Shown here: positions 36,806-48,400 of the stretch, piece after piece | Layout: the number at the start of each line of letters is the position of its first letter | Position numbering within the stretch: position 1 is the stretch's first letter | Virus record (IMG/VR): IMGVR_UViG_2619619259_000001 | Coordinates: 16,985 to 80,984 of that record | Source: a virus | Lineage: Duplodnaviria > Caudoviricetes | Reading direction: 5' to 3' (one strand) | Length of the DNA: 64,000 bases | Notes under the pieces: model-generated | Database searches by the model: none | What the model was told of the DNA's origin: nothing | What the model saw: only the letters and a program-made list of their open reading frames with translations | Position numbers and translations under genes: made by a program

Positions 36806-39003
36806 TTGGAAAACATAGATAATTTAATCAGTAACAAAATGGTTTTAACACCAAACGGTGACGAAATCGAAGTGGTTTTTAAAATATTAGAATCCAGCGA
36901 ATTGATTATCTCCAATCATCTGGATGGGCGAATAAATGAAGATTACCCACAAGAGTTACAGCCGAGAGATAGAACGAAACTTAAAAGCAAATTGCAGGTT
37001 AGTAATATTGCAAAATCCTTACGACCAGAAGAACTTTCTGGCAGCATACTGTCTAGTAATGGTTCGCCTATTATAGGTGAGGACAATGTTGTTGAGTCTG
37101 GCAATGGGCGGGTTATGGGGATCTGCACTGCATACTCGTCAGGTACAGCCGATGTATACAAAGACTACCTAGAACAAAACGCCATTTTGTTTAACACAAA
37201 ACCAGCTTTCGTTAGTGCTATGAACCATCCGATCTTGGTAAGGCTTAGAATCACTAATGTAGATCGAGTTAAGTTTACTGTCGACTCTAACTCATCAAAA
37301 ATCAGCAGGAAATCGCGCTTAGCACTCCACCACGCTTCTAAACAGTCTCAGAAAGGTAATCTTTCAGGTGTACCTATAAATGAGCTTGTGAGGCAGCACA
37401 GCCCGCTTATTGAAACACCCAATGACTATATGTTTGAGTACGTCAGTACAGGAAGACAATTGGAACTGATTGGTCGAATGGTTAGCAAATGCTCTTCACC
37501 AGGCGAAATTGCTGATGTGATTGCCTATTACTCTGGAACATTAAAAATTAAAGCTCCAGTCGAAGGGGCGATGGTTGGTAGAGAGATTAAGGAACTAATA
37601 GGTTCATCTCCTGATGATGAAAAAGCTCTACGTCAATATCGGATAAATGTTAAAGGTATTCTTGGAAAGTCCTATTCAGAGTTTTTAGACAGAACTCGAT
37701 ATAGTTATAACGAGATTATCCAAGGAATAAATCAGGTTGTTGGTTTATCAGACTCTACATTATCTAGCGAAGTGGCTGTTAAGCAGATTCTATTAGATGG
37801 TCAGGCGTTCTACCTACCAAAATTATTAAATGAATTTGATAACTCATCAGATCAAACGAGTAGACGTAAGTTGGCAGCTAAGATTTGCCATGTCCTAGAC
37901 AAACTACTAACTAAACGAAATGGGCGAATATCTCTTACACATACTGTAAAGATGGCCCTTACTGACATTACCAATGGGCGCCTTAATGGATCTGAATCAA
38001 TAGCTTCTTTGTATAAAGCTAAATTAGTCTCATTGGAGCAATCCAAGTTAAGTGATAACGAATCTAAGCAACGCTATGAGTCATATGTAGAACAAGGAAA
38101 AAAACACTTAGTATAGATCTCAGTAGCGTTAAAAATGATCTCAACGCTTTTTTTGATAATGAACAGAATCAGGATTGGCTGAATAGGGTCAATGAGAGCA
38201 AATCTTTAAACGCTGGTGGTGTAGAAAGATTGGTAGATGCGATTAAAAATGGTCGTCTTGGATATGGCGCAGCATTGCAACGAAATGGCGTTAATTGGGA
38301 GTTATTGAGGCTTCCTCGTTCCTTATTTGAGGAAGGAAAGAATAGACTTAATGAGGTTTTTTCTTCCATAAAAAACAGTTTGTCCCAAACATATGAAACA
38401 TTATTGTCTACAACACCAATTGACGACGATAGTGCAACGATATGGGCTTCCAGTTTGCAAATAGACAGGGCATTGCTAGTCCAATACGACGCCCTTCATG
38501 GTGATGGCGGATTGATTTCTGATTTAAAGGCGGCTTATAAGCTATCTGGTGGAAGATTGTCGTCGCTTTCTACGTTAAGTTTAACAAAAACTCGCTCTTC
38601 AGCCTCATTGGAGGGAATGATTAAATTAAACCCTGCAAATGGTCGAAAGGTTTTATTTCATGAAGTAGGTCATCATTTTGAGTTTTCTAATCCTGATTTT
38701 TTGAAAATGGCAGTGTCTTATTTGAAAGACCGATCTGGTGGAGAGAGAAGGGTCGCGAAACTCAGAGATATAACCCTCACTGGCTATTCAAGTAATGAGA
38801 CTGCGATTATAGATAATCTTTCTCATCCATACATTGGGAAACTGTATGGCTCATTAGACTCGTTAACTTCAACTGAAGTCTTTTCTACAGCATTTGAATA
38901 TCTATTCGATCATCAAAATGGGGCGGTGTCTATCATTCATGGAGATGGGCTAATAGAGTTCGCTATAGGTGCTATTCAAGGGATTTACCATGCCCCAAAT
39001 TAA
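36806..39003 (+). CDS. ddrB: DdrB-like protein, split at an A7 run (~38098-38104)
   Basis: ParB-like N-terminus (YPQELQPRDR, GSPII, VESGNGR) and C-terminal HEVGH motif; one added A fuses both ORFs (~732 aa). Confidence 0.7.
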
Positions 39004-39283
39004 GTTTTCAAGAGGCAATGATCAAGGCTTCGTCTATTTTGATGTTGAGGATGAACTTTCCTACTCTTCATTCTTGGTTGAAGGGACCATCACTAAAAGT
39101 GAATTAATCTCGTATTTTAATAGCGTATCAACATATGCAATTTCTGGCGATGGACTTGCTAACGATTACCATCATTGTGCACCAATTCATTTGATGAAAG
39201 CTTTTGAGATGTGCGGGTTTGATATTGAATGCCCTGAATTGTGGAAAGAAGAGGGTGAATCTATTGAAGATGGCGTTTACTGA
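38969..39283 (+). CDS. Hxr-like small protein; likely start ATG 38990
   Basis: Position after ddrB, as in P1. Confidence 0.45.
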   Translation: MLFKGFTMPQIKFSRGNDQGFVYFDVEDELSYSSFLVEGTITKSELISYFNSVSTYAISGDGLANDYHHCAPIHLMKAFEMCGFDIECPELWKEEGESIEDGVY

Positions 39284-39309
39284 GGCATTAAATAGGGCTA
39301 GATATATTT

Positions 39310-39546
39310 TTATTCACATACTCACAGGATAGATCCAATAAACGATCCTAATTAGATCACATAGAACCAAACAGATCCCTGATCGTCGCAAGCCTTGCTG
39401 TGATTGACTTTACGATGGGTTGCGGTGTGCGCTGTAGGGAAAGGGGTGGGCGCTGGCGGGAAAAAGGTGGGCGCTGGTAGGATTTAAGTGTGCGCTGTAG
39501 GGCAAAAAGGTGGGCGCTGGTGGGATTTGTGCTATTATTTTCCACA
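39310..39546 (+). other. Plasmid replication origin: DnaA boxes, GATC cluster and five iterons
   Basis: TTATTCACA (39310) and TTTTCCACA (39538); five GATC sites; GGTG(T/G)GCGCTG..GG iterons at 39424, 39445, 39466, 39487 and 39509 (21-22 bp spacing), similar to the P1 iteron. Confidence 0.85.
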
Positions 39547-39569
39547 GATGAAACGATCCTTTAATATGA

Positions 39570-40460
39570 GTGTGTAACTTAATGAATGAAAAGACATATT
39601 TACCCGATGTCATGTATGCAAACAATACAACTAAAGAGAAGTTACTCACAGCCAATCAAAACAATACCGTTCAGCCAGTCGCATTAATGCGCCTTGGCGT
39701 TTTTGTTCCCAAACCGACAAAGAGCCAGATAAAAAATCCTACGGTTGATGCATCAGAACTGTTTTCTAACCTAGCTATAGCAAGAGCTGAGGGTTACGAC
39801 AACATAGAGATCACTGGCCCTCGATTAGATATGGATACAGATTTTAAAGTTTGGGTTGGGGTCATTCAATCATTTAGCAAATATGGACTAAAAACAAACA
39901 CTATTGATTTAAAATTTAGTGAGTTTGCAAAGTATTGTGGATTTCCATCAAAGCGCTTAGATAAAGGGCTACGCAAAACGATTAGTGCGTCACTTGTCAG
40001 ACTCAGGGCCAAGACGGTTTCCTTTATGAAAGGGAAAGATGATGCAATGAAAGGGTACGCGACCGGATTACTTAAAACAGCACGGTTTGATGCTGAAATA
40101 GACAGGGTTGTACTCGAAGCAGATGAAAATCTTTGGGAACTATTTCAGTTTGATCACCGTGTTTTGTTACAACAACATGCAATCAAAGCGCTACCGAAAA
40201 AAGAAGCCGCGCAAGCCATATACACATTTATTGAAAGTCTTCCTGCTAAACCCGCCCCTGTATCATTTGCCAGATTACGCGAACGGTTATCTTTAATGTC
40301 TGAAGTAAAAGAACAAAACAGGACAATTAAGAAAGCATTGGAGCAACTCCAGAACATTGGCTATTTGGACTGCAAGGTAGAAAAGAAAGGGCGGGAGAAC
40401 TACATCATCATTTACAAGAGAAACCCAAATCTTAAGCCATCAGATCTTGGAATAGATTAA
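39570..40460 (+). CDS. repA: Plasmid replication initiator RepA (P1/RepFIB family)
   Basis: NTVQPVALMRLGVFVP, EGYDNIEITGPRLDMDTDFKVW.G, KE.AQA.YTFIESLP. Confidence 0.95.
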   Translation: MCNLMNEKTYLPDVMYANNTTKEKLLTANQNNTVQPVALMRLGVFVPKPTKSQIKNPTVDASELFSNLAIARAEGYDNIEITGPRLDMDTDFKVWVGVIQSFSKYGLKTNTIDLKFSEFAKYCGFPSKRLDKGLRKTISASLVRLRAKTVSFMKGKDDAMKGYATGLLKTARFDAEIDRVVLEADENLWELFQFDHRVLLQQHAIKALPKKEAAQAIYTFIESLPAKPAPVSFARLRERLSLMSEVKEQNRTIKKALEQLQNIGYLDCKVEKKGRENYIIIYKRNPNLKPSDLGID

Positions 40461-40463
40461 AAA

Positions 40464-40737
40464 AGGTGTGTGCTGTAGGGAATGGTGTGCGCCGCAGGGG
40501 AGTTCTGCTTTTCCGGTGTGCATTGAAGGGGATCAGGTGTGTGCTGTAGGGATTAAATTCCCATCAGCACACACCTGATTCATTTTCTTTGGATTCAATT
40601 CCCCTCCACCACCCACCATTTTTATAGTTGTAGTTTTATTATCTCGGCAGAATTCGACTTTCCCTACAGCACACACCTTCATTTCCCTCTTTTCCCGTTA
40701 GCGCACACCTAATTATATTTCCCTGCAACACACACCA
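40464..40737. repeat. incA-like copy-control iteron cluster (about 9 copies in both orientations)
   Basis: Four direct GGTGTG.GCTG..GGG-like copies followed by five inverted TTCCC...CAC(A/C)CACC-like copies. Confidence 0.85.
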
Positions 40738-40793
40738 TTTAAAAAATTAGCACTCATAAATACACGTTTAGTATTGTATGAGCAGAGATAAAA

Positions 40794-40818
40794 AAAGCGG
40801 CTCAATTCGAGCCGCTTT
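40794..40818. terminator. Terminator-like hairpin
   Basis: AAAGCGGCTC-AATTC-GAGCCGCTTT. Confidence 0.65.
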
Positions 40819-40891
40819 AGATTGCGTGGTAGCAAAGAGATGTTATCCCCTCACATTTAGTATTGTCTCATAACTGAATGATAGGATACGT

Positions 40892-41401
40892 ATGAATATT
40901 AATAACCGTAAAGCGTTTAAAGATATGCTCTCAGTATCAGAGGGAACATCTACTCATCCATTAACTAAGAATGATGGTTATGATGTAATCGTAACCGGCA
41001 TCGATGGGAAGCCAGAGATTTTTACAAACTATAAAGACCATCCGTTTGCTGGTGGGCGAGCGGCGAAGGTCTTCAATAAAAAGGGGGAGCGGTCTAGTGC
41101 ATCTGGTCGATATCAGCAAATATATCGTTATTGGCCACACTATAAGGCGCTATTAAAATTACCCGACTTTGGTCCTGAGTCTCAGGAAAAGTTAGCCTTG
41201 CAACTCATCAAAGAGCGCAGGGCTTTGGAAAACATTGATGCCGGAGAAATCAGCATCGCAATAAATAAATGCTGTAACATCTGGGCATCTCTTCCAGGCG
41301 CTGGCTATAATCAGCACGAATTTAGCTTGAAGAAGCTTTTAAGAGTTTATGTGTCAAAAGGCGGTCAACTCTGCCCTTCTGATGCAGCACTCATCAAATA
41401 A
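40892..41401 (+). CDS. Endolysin, lambda R-type lytic transglycosylase
   Basis: RKAF.DMLS.SEGT, GYDVIV, SSASGRYQ, DFGPESQE, IWASLPGAGY.Q.E. Confidence 0.9.
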   Translation: MNINNRKAFKDMLSVSEGTSTHPLTKNDGYDVIVTGIDGKPEIFTNYKDHPFAGGRAAKVFNKKGERSSASGRYQQIYRYWPHYKALLKLPDFGPESQEKLALQLIKERRALENIDAGEISIAINKCCNIWASLPGAGYNQHEFSLKKLLRVYVSKGGQLCPSDAALIK

Positions 41402-41438
41402 CCGCCTAGTAAACACCAACTTCAAGTAGAGTTGGTGT

Positions 41439-42317
41439 TTAGAATAGATTGCGTAGCATTGCTATTTTTTCTAATGGGTTCATTCCGGCAGCAAGGGCTT
41501 GCTTAAAGCTATTGTTGGCGGATGTCCATGCGTCATCAGCTTTTTTATTCTCACTAAGATAGCGCGGGGAATTAAAGCCTGATTGAGGGCTCACAGCATG
41601 TCTACCAGAGATAAATGATCTGCGCTTGATGAGATTATCAACGCGAACTTGCTCAGCTTTGCGCTCATCTCTCAATCGTTCTTGTCGCTCAGCGTAGTCC
41701 CTAGCTTTTGTACTAGCCCTCTCTGCTGTTGCTGTTTTTGCTGATTTAATAAATACGTTTCCCACAGCTTCAGCTGGGGGAATGTCTTTTTTCTTCTGAG
41801 AATAAAAAGATAATACTTCTACAGATTGTAGATCATTTTGACCGGGGGCTGGCTGATCATTTTGATCGGGGGGGAACTTGGGTGAAAAGCTTGAAAATAG
41901 GCTCTTGAGCACATTTTCAAGGGAACCTTTATGACATTTTACTAGTTCTAAGCAGACCTGTTTTGCGAGTTTAATGAAATTGGATGTGAACTGATATTCG
42001 GTAGGCCGCTGGCCCTTAGCAGGATCGAATATGTATGTTTTAGTGATGATTCCAGCATCAATTGCTAGGTCGAGATTTCTGCGAATAGTTGCAGGGGTAA
42101 CGCCAGCTTCTTGGCTCATTCTGGACTTTGACTTGAAGATTTTATATTCGGATGAACTGGCGGCAATTTCACAAATCTGGCTAAGAATAACTCTTGCTCT
42201 GCGGGGTAATAGGGTGTTTGGAAGATGTTCTATAACTTTTTTCAAGCCATAGCCTGATATTTCAGCATTTCGCTTGAGAAATGGGTTTTTTTTAGATAAA
42301 ATCATCCCTGTGTTCAT
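41439..42317 (-). CDS. HTH-containing replication-like protein (candidate lytic initiator)
   Basis: wHTH-like KSKSRMSQEAGVTPATIRRNL....GII; internal GATC-containing direct repeats. Confidence 0.5.
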   Translation of the reverse strand: MNTGMILSKKNPFLKRNAEISGYGLKKVIEHLPNTLLPRRARVILSQICEIAASSSEYKIFKSKSRMSQEAGVTPATIRRNLDLAIDAGIITKTYIFDPAKGQRPTEYQFTSNFIKLAKQVCLELVKCHKGSLENVLKSLFSSFSPKFPPDQNDQPAPGQNDLQSVEVLSFYSQKKKDIPPAEAVGNVFIKSAKTATAERASTKARDYAERQERLRDERKAEQVRVDNLIKRRSFISGRHAVSPQSGFNSPRYLSENKKADDAWTSANNSFKQALAAGMNPLEKIAMLRNLF

Positions 42318-42410
42318 AAAAGAACACCTCCATAAATTTGATAAAGTAAGGTCCAGTGTTAGTGGGCTTTTTGGAAAAACGTTAGTTCTCAGCTAACGTT
42401 TTTTTTATTC
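42309..42410 (+). ncRNA. Predicted ~100-nt antisense RNA over the RBS of the replication-like gene
   Basis: TTGAGA-17-TAAAAT at 42274-42302, then terminator AAAACGTTAG-TTCTCAG-CTAACGTTTTTTTT. Confidence 0.5.
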
Positions 42411-42596
42411 TTTATTTATCACATGTATAAATCCCCAGTACTTTCTTATAGTTAGACCTTTCTGATGGGGGCGATCCTATATCGATCTCCATGCATGGAT
42501 CAATAGATCTATAAAAAGTTTTTTTAGTTTAAGTATGATTTAATTCGTATGTTCTTATATAACAGGGTGATACTAATCACCCTGGTATGATTTAGT

Positions 42597-43646
42597 TTAT
42601 TTGAATTTAGGTGTTTCACTATCACTAAATGAAACGATAAAGTTATTATTTGAGGGGCTATTGTTGCTAGGGATGGTTTTTTTATAACCACTGTTATGAA
42701 CTGGTAACGACTTCAGGTCATTACTACGAATTGATTCGAATAGTGAGCTGACTATCTCAATGTCTTCTTTGGTTCTTATTTCAAGCAAAGCTTTAACTTG
42801 CTCTTCATTAACAAAAATGGGTAACTTTTTAAGCGCCTCAAGCATCATTTTATGTCGTTGAGTCATGTTTTCGTTTATCGAACTATTTCGTTGTTGCAGG
42901 GACTCAAGAAGTTTCGTTTTTTCTTCGATAATCTCTTTTGCTTCAAGTAGTTCTCCACGCATGATAAATACGTTTGTTTCGGCTTGACCAGCTCTATGGA
43001 TAGCATCGATGGTAAGTTCTTTATTCATCATTATTTGATGGTGACTTATGATTTCTTTCGCTGCTTGATCTGAAAATCCTTGCTTACTCAACGATTCCAT
43101 CATTGATTGCATCTGATCTTCATTAACTGACTCAGTCATTAATGCTGCTGGGTGTTCTCTTGAAATAAAATTAGGGACTTTTACAAAATCAAACCCCTTG
43201 AAAATTTGTGGAATAGATACTTCTTTTGAGTCGATCCCACCTGTAGCCCAACTCCAGCCACCAGCATGGGAGTCAATCATACTAGCGACAATTCTGCCGG
43301 TGTCAGTGTTTAATATTTCTTGTGTGTGGGTGACTACACCATTGTCATCAACAGAGATGGAAACCGTTCTATTAGATGGAACGTTATCTATAATGACAGG
43401 CTTACCATCGACCAAAATTGCACTTGTTTCTGGGACGGATAGCCCAGTCATTTCTCTGCGTCCATGTCCATAATATCCGTACAGTTCGCCAAGTTCTAAA
43501 CCTTCCTGAGTCTCAGGACTGTTGATCATTTCCTTTACTGCACTTAGGAGGTAATTTCTTTTATTTTGGGTACCTTTTCTGACGGTTTTATATAGTGAAA
43601 AACTATCAGTTACTCTTTTTAATGCTTTAGGCATAATAATCTCCAA
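42597..43646 (-). CDS. pro: Prohead protease (P1 Pro-like)
   Basis: GELYGYYGH, NVPSNRT, HTQEIL.T..G, GGWSWATGG, GFDFV..PNF. Confidence 0.8.
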   Translation of the reverse strand: MEIIMPKALKRVTDSFSLYKTVRKGTQNKRNYLLSAVKEMINSPETQEGLELGELYGYYGHGRREMTGLSVPETSAILVDGKPVIIDNVPSNRTVSISVDDNGVVTHTQEILNTDTGRIVASMIDSHAGGWSWATGGIDSKEVSIPQIFKGFDFVKVPNFISREHPAALMTESVNEDQMQSMMESLSKQGFSDQAAKEIISHHQIMMNKELTIDAIHRAGQAETNVFIMRGELLEAKEIIEEKTKLLESLQQRNSSINENMTQRHKMMLEALKKLPIFVNEEQVKALLEIRTKEDIEIVSSLFESIRSNDLKSLPVHNSGYKKTIPSNNSPSNNNFIVSFSDSETPKFK

Positions 43647-43670
43647 ACCGGCTCGCGCAGCTGGTGGAGG

Positions 43671-45362
43671 TTATTTTTTAAATAGGTCTTTAATAAACTC
43701 AGCTTGTTCTTCTTGACTCATCATTTTCAATGATTCAAACATATGATCATCATTTTCGTCTTCTTCATTTTCTTCTTTTGCTGAGGCTAACTCCTTTATT
43801 AATTTGTTGACTGTATTTTCATCAAACTTCAAGGTGTCGCCTAAAATTAGGCGCTTAAATGTCTCTGATTTTGAAATGACATTGTTATTCTCAATAGCAT
43901 CAAGAATGGTCACAATAACGCTGGCATAGCCAGCTTTGCTTTCTGCGGCGGCATTCTCTTCTTCTTGAATGGCTGTGTTTGCAGAGTTGAACTCAACTTT
44001 ATAGGGGCGTTTACTCGCTGGGTAGACCTTCCCATATTTGTAGGCCAGATGGATATCTATCGCTCTGTAGATAAATGCTTCAACGGCAACACGGATCCAT
44101 TGAGATCTGATGGCTGCTTGAATGGCTGTTCTAAAGAATCCACCTTCACCCAACCCCCCAGATAGCATGTCTGAGAATCCTAACATTGACGCATCTAAGC
44201 CAATAGATGCTGCGAGTTGTTTTACATGGATCATCACGTCTTCTATCCCTGCAATATCAGCTGGGATAGTTTGAGTGTCTATGACCATAGATCCTTTCCC
44301 ATCACCCATAATAGGAATCAGGCTGTTAATGACTGTTGGGGTTAGATGACCATTTCGTGCACCTGTTTCCATTAGGTCAGATGAGCGCTTCAATGCTTGG
44401 GCTATCTGGTTCAAATAACTTGCGGCGTTTGTAGGATCTGTTTTGCTGGTGTTGATGCCAAAAATCCTGTCGATCTTGCTAGCATTATTCCTTGTCGCTT
44501 TGAGGGACCGAATTGCTGCGCATAAATTGGTGTAAGGCCCGTAACTATGCTCAAGAAGGCTTGTTCCGTAATTTTGTGTTTCAACGGGGTCTTGTTCTAA
44601 TGGGTCGTTTAATAGGTTATAGGGTTTTGAGCCAATATAGGTTGGTGGGTTTTTACTATGCGGAACCCAATAAGGGATTTTCATAGGAATTAAATCCCAA
44701 GGGTCGGCAAATGTAAAAGTCCCCCCACTATTAGAACGCATATGATCACCAGTAAAACCAGCGATATGCCCGCCCCTTGAATATTCCTTCACAAAGTGCG
44801 GGAGTGTGTAATAACTGGATTCAAATGATGTAATCCCCACGCCAGGCTTTGCATGAGGGCGAATATATGAGACGCCAAAGACACACATAATTAATGCCCA
44901 ACTAGGAACATTGGCATTGATGAGATTCCCTATATCATCCATGAGTTCAGTCGCTATTTTTTGGCTCTCATCTGATGTTTCACCCTCATTGTCATTGATG
45001 GGTTTTATCGTGAATGAACGACCTGTTTTTTTATCAGTAGATAATGCATAGGTAACATGAATATTGAGTGCTGCGGAGAGTGTTGGATATGCAGCCATCT
45101 CTTCGAAAAGGGGATACCTCAATAATCTATCTGTAGGCAATATAGGTTCGTCATTAATACTACGACTAGCGCTAATCAGTGAAAAGCCGAGATTAGGACT
45201 ATTGGCCACCATTGCCGATTGAGAAAAAATAGCGTTCGAAGAGGGCGAAATGTACCCACTATTCATGATAGTGCTTTTCCCGCTTCCGGGGAGCGCTTTG
45301 CTGAGAGCTGCTTTTGCTTTATCGCTAGAAAAGCTTGTTTTCCCCGCCATTAGAAACACCAC
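43671..45362 (-). CDS. prt: Portal protein (P1 Prt-like)
   Basis: About 560 aa; FEEMA.YP.LSAALNIH, YGTSLLE, MLSGGLGEGGFFRT; adjacent to the protease. Confidence 0.8.
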   Translation of the reverse strand: MVFLMAGKTSFSSDKAKAALSKALPGSGKSTIMNSGYISPSSNAIFSQSAMVANSPNLGFSLISASRSINDEPILPTDRLLRYPLFEEMAAYPTLSAALNIHVTYALSTDKKTGRSFTIKPINDNEGETSDESQKIATELMDDIGNLINANVPSWALIMCVFGVSYIRPHAKPGVGITSFESSYYTLPHFVKEYSRGGHIAGFTGDHMRSNSGGTFTFADPWDLIPMKIPYWVPHSKNPPTYIGSKPYNLLNDPLEQDPVETQNYGTSLLEHSYGPYTNLCAAIRSLKATRNNASKIDRIFGINTSKTDPTNAASYLNQIAQALKRSSDLMETGARNGHLTPTVINSLIPIMGDGKGSMVIDTQTIPADIAGIEDVMIHVKQLAASIGLDASMLGFSDMLSGGLGEGGFFRTAIQAAIRSQWIRVAVEAFIYRAIDIHLAYKYGKVYPASKRPYKVEFNSANTAIQEEENAAAESKAGYASVIVTILDAIENNNVISKSETFKRLILGDTLKFDENTVNKLIKELASAKEENEEDENDDHMFESLKMMSQEEQAEFIKDLFKK

Positions 45363-45403
45363 CTTTGATAAAATAAAACGTTAGTTTCAGCATTATAGCG
45401 AAT

Positions 45404-48400
45404 ATGTTTTCAAGGGGTGAACGGTTGAATACTGAGTTAAGCAATTTAAATAACGCCATAAAATCAATAAATAACTGTGAGAACATAGAAGCGTTATGCA
45501 GAGTTATCTATGCAATAACACTGCAATATAACCCCATTGAGTTTGGAGTTAGAAAAGAATCACGGATCTCAATGGAAAGGTTGAGGAAAGAGGCGAACGC
45601 AAAAGCTATTTCTTTATTAAGCGAATTACCCAAAGGGTCAAAATTAACCGACGAACAGCGAAAAATACTCGCTGCCTATACCGGAGATGGAGGTATAGGT
45701 GCTAATGAGCATGAATATTATACGCCGATGCCCGTTGCAGAAGGAATGTGGGATCTATTACGGGAATACGGCGCAGATACTGGTAATTGTTTAGAGCCTG
45801 CTGCGGGTACAGGGGTTTTTCATGAAACTAAGCCGGCGGGTGTCATCATGACAGCAACGGAAATTAGCCCTATTTCAGGACGAATAAACCAATTACTTCA
45901 CCCAGAAGATAAGGTTTCCATAACGCCATTTGAGCGCCTGGCTGCATCATCCCCTGATGGTTCTTTTGATAGTTGTGTGGGTAATGTTCCATTTGGAGAT
46001 AGCAGAGGGGAGTTTGCCAATTTGGATCCCGCCTACGCAAAAGAATCTAATATAGGCCGCTATTTCATTTTGAGATTGATAGATAAAGTTAAGGCTGGTG
46101 GTTACATCTGCATTGTTGTTCCCTACGGAATGACTACTGGTAAAAATCACAAAAAACTACGTAAACAAGTTTCAAGAAAAGCCGAGTTTCTTGGCGCCCA
46201 CAGATTACCTAGCGGCACTTTTGAGGAAAGTGGGACATCCACAGCTGTCGATGTATGGGTTTTAAGAAAACATCCGGCAGAACTAGCGGATCGGATCCTA
46301 GAAGAAAAGGAAACTTTGTTAGAAGAAGCCAATGTTTTATGGAACACCTTCATTGAAGGGCGTTGGTATCTTGAAGATGGTAAACGATTCGTGCATGGAG
46401 AGGTACTGCAGGGCTTTAGAGGGATCACGATTAAAAATGATCAATTATCAAATGGCGCATTAAAGACAAAATTAAAACATAAATTTGACAGTCGGATCAT
46501 TTGGTCCGTTTTAGAACTAAGCGAACCAACGTCTACGCCAGCGATGAATGGCGAACAGCGCTTAATCAACGATCAGTGGTATATATTTGAGTCAGGCGTA
46601 TGGGTTATTGATAACACTGTTACTCAAGAGAACGTGTCATTTGCCAAGTTTGGAGTGCAGACATACGAAGAGTTGAAAAATCAGATAGTGGGTGTTGATG
46701 GGATTTTATCGAAAAATTGGGACCAAATAAATGCCATAGCGACCACTTTCCCGTCGCTAATGTCGGAACAAGCCCAAAAAGCACTTATCTTTGCAAAAAC
46801 GCAACCAGAGGCATTAAGAGAGCGTGTCTTTCGTGGATCGGTACTTGGCTACCATATTGCGACTTATCAGGATTATATCGCGGACAGCGGTTCTCCTGAG
46901 CCATATGAGGGGATGAGATCGGATATAGCTAGACTGGTTGATGCTGAAAATAAAAAATATGGTTCTCCGAGTTCAGGAAAGATATCAAAAGTAAGGGGGG
47001 CTAACTCTGGTGCCTGGTTAAAGTTTAAGGTTGCAGCTGGTGAGAATGGAGAACTATCAGCGTTAATTACTGGCAATCTAGAGAAGGGCGAGACAGTCCG
47101 CTTTAACAGTGCTGATGCAGAACAGGTAGTTAGACATTTATTCAGTCAGGTAGATTTGGATCCTATCACCCTTGAAGCCTTCAGGGAGGCATACACTGGT
47201 GACGCATCACCCGATGACAATCAGTTATTAAGCATACTCTCTGATATTGACGGCATTGCAATCACACCAACTGGCGATTTAATGCCAATGGATAGGGCGA
47301 CAAGTGGTGATATTGGATTGCTAAATGGTCAGTTACTTGGTGCCATAGCTGTAACCCCCGACGGGCCTCAAAAAAATAATTTTTTACGACAATTAGCGGA
47401 GATAAAACGAAAGCGAAAGTGGACTGATGTCGACAGTATTGATTTTTCACTCAATAGTCGATGGTTTGACCGATCCCTTATTTTGGAGTTTTTACGGGAG
47501 AATGGCTACTCAGACCTCAATTATGTTGAAGATGTAAATATTAGTGATGGTGTTCTCGTCTCCGAGCAAGGATATCGCGGAAGAAACGGTGTTTTTGCTG
47601 GTTATCGTTACGGTACCGTGGTTAGCCGGGACAAAGAAACGGGAGATATGAGGCCAGTTTATAAGCGGGTATCACAACAAGATCCGTTTCTCGCGCAATT
47701 CGAAAATTATCTAAATGGAAATAAGCCGCGTGGTGTTAATGCTGCTCAATACCAAGAACAAATAAAACTTCTTGAGAGTAATTTCAATGATTGGATTCGA
47801 CAGCACGATGAAATAGGTTCTCTTGTTCAAGAATATAACGATGCATTCAATGCCTATATTCCGTTTGAACAATCTGATGCTGATCTTGGGCTAAGCGGGA
47901 TATCAGGCAAAAGGATTACTTTCGGATATCAAAACTCAGAAGTCCGGCGCTTGTCCGAGGATGGAAAGGGGATCATGGGATTTGGCACAGGACTAGGTAA
48001 GACGACAACAGCACTAGCTCTTGAGGCATTTAACTTCGAAAACGGACGGACAAAGCGCACCGGTGTTGTGGTGCCAAAAGCTGTTTATGAAAATTGGTAC
48101 TATGAAGCGTGTGAGTTTTACAGTGAGTCTGCATTTAAGAACATTTTATTTGTAGGGATTGATGAGGTTTATGGCAATGATGGCGCCATTAAACAGGTTC
48201 CTGTTTTAGATGAAAAAGGCCAGCCAGTTATAAATAAACATACTGGGCAGCCGACCGTTCGGAATGCCATTACTATCTCTGATTCAGCAACGATAAAAGA
48301 ACGCATGAACTCCGTTCCGCAATCTAACTACCGAATGGTGGTAATGACAAAGGAGCAGTATGCGAAGATCCCACTGAGAGAAGAAACGATTCGAGATCAT

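Noticed and set aside
38230-39003. Independent HExxH peptidase gene
   Set aside because: Joins the ddrB frame after a one-base correction; weak TTG start.
39424-40737. Spaced ~18-bp repeats around repA as a CRISPR array for the Cas8-like protein
   Set aside because: Degenerate, in both orientations, with gaps of only a few bp or irregular length; they resemble P1-type iterons and flank repA.
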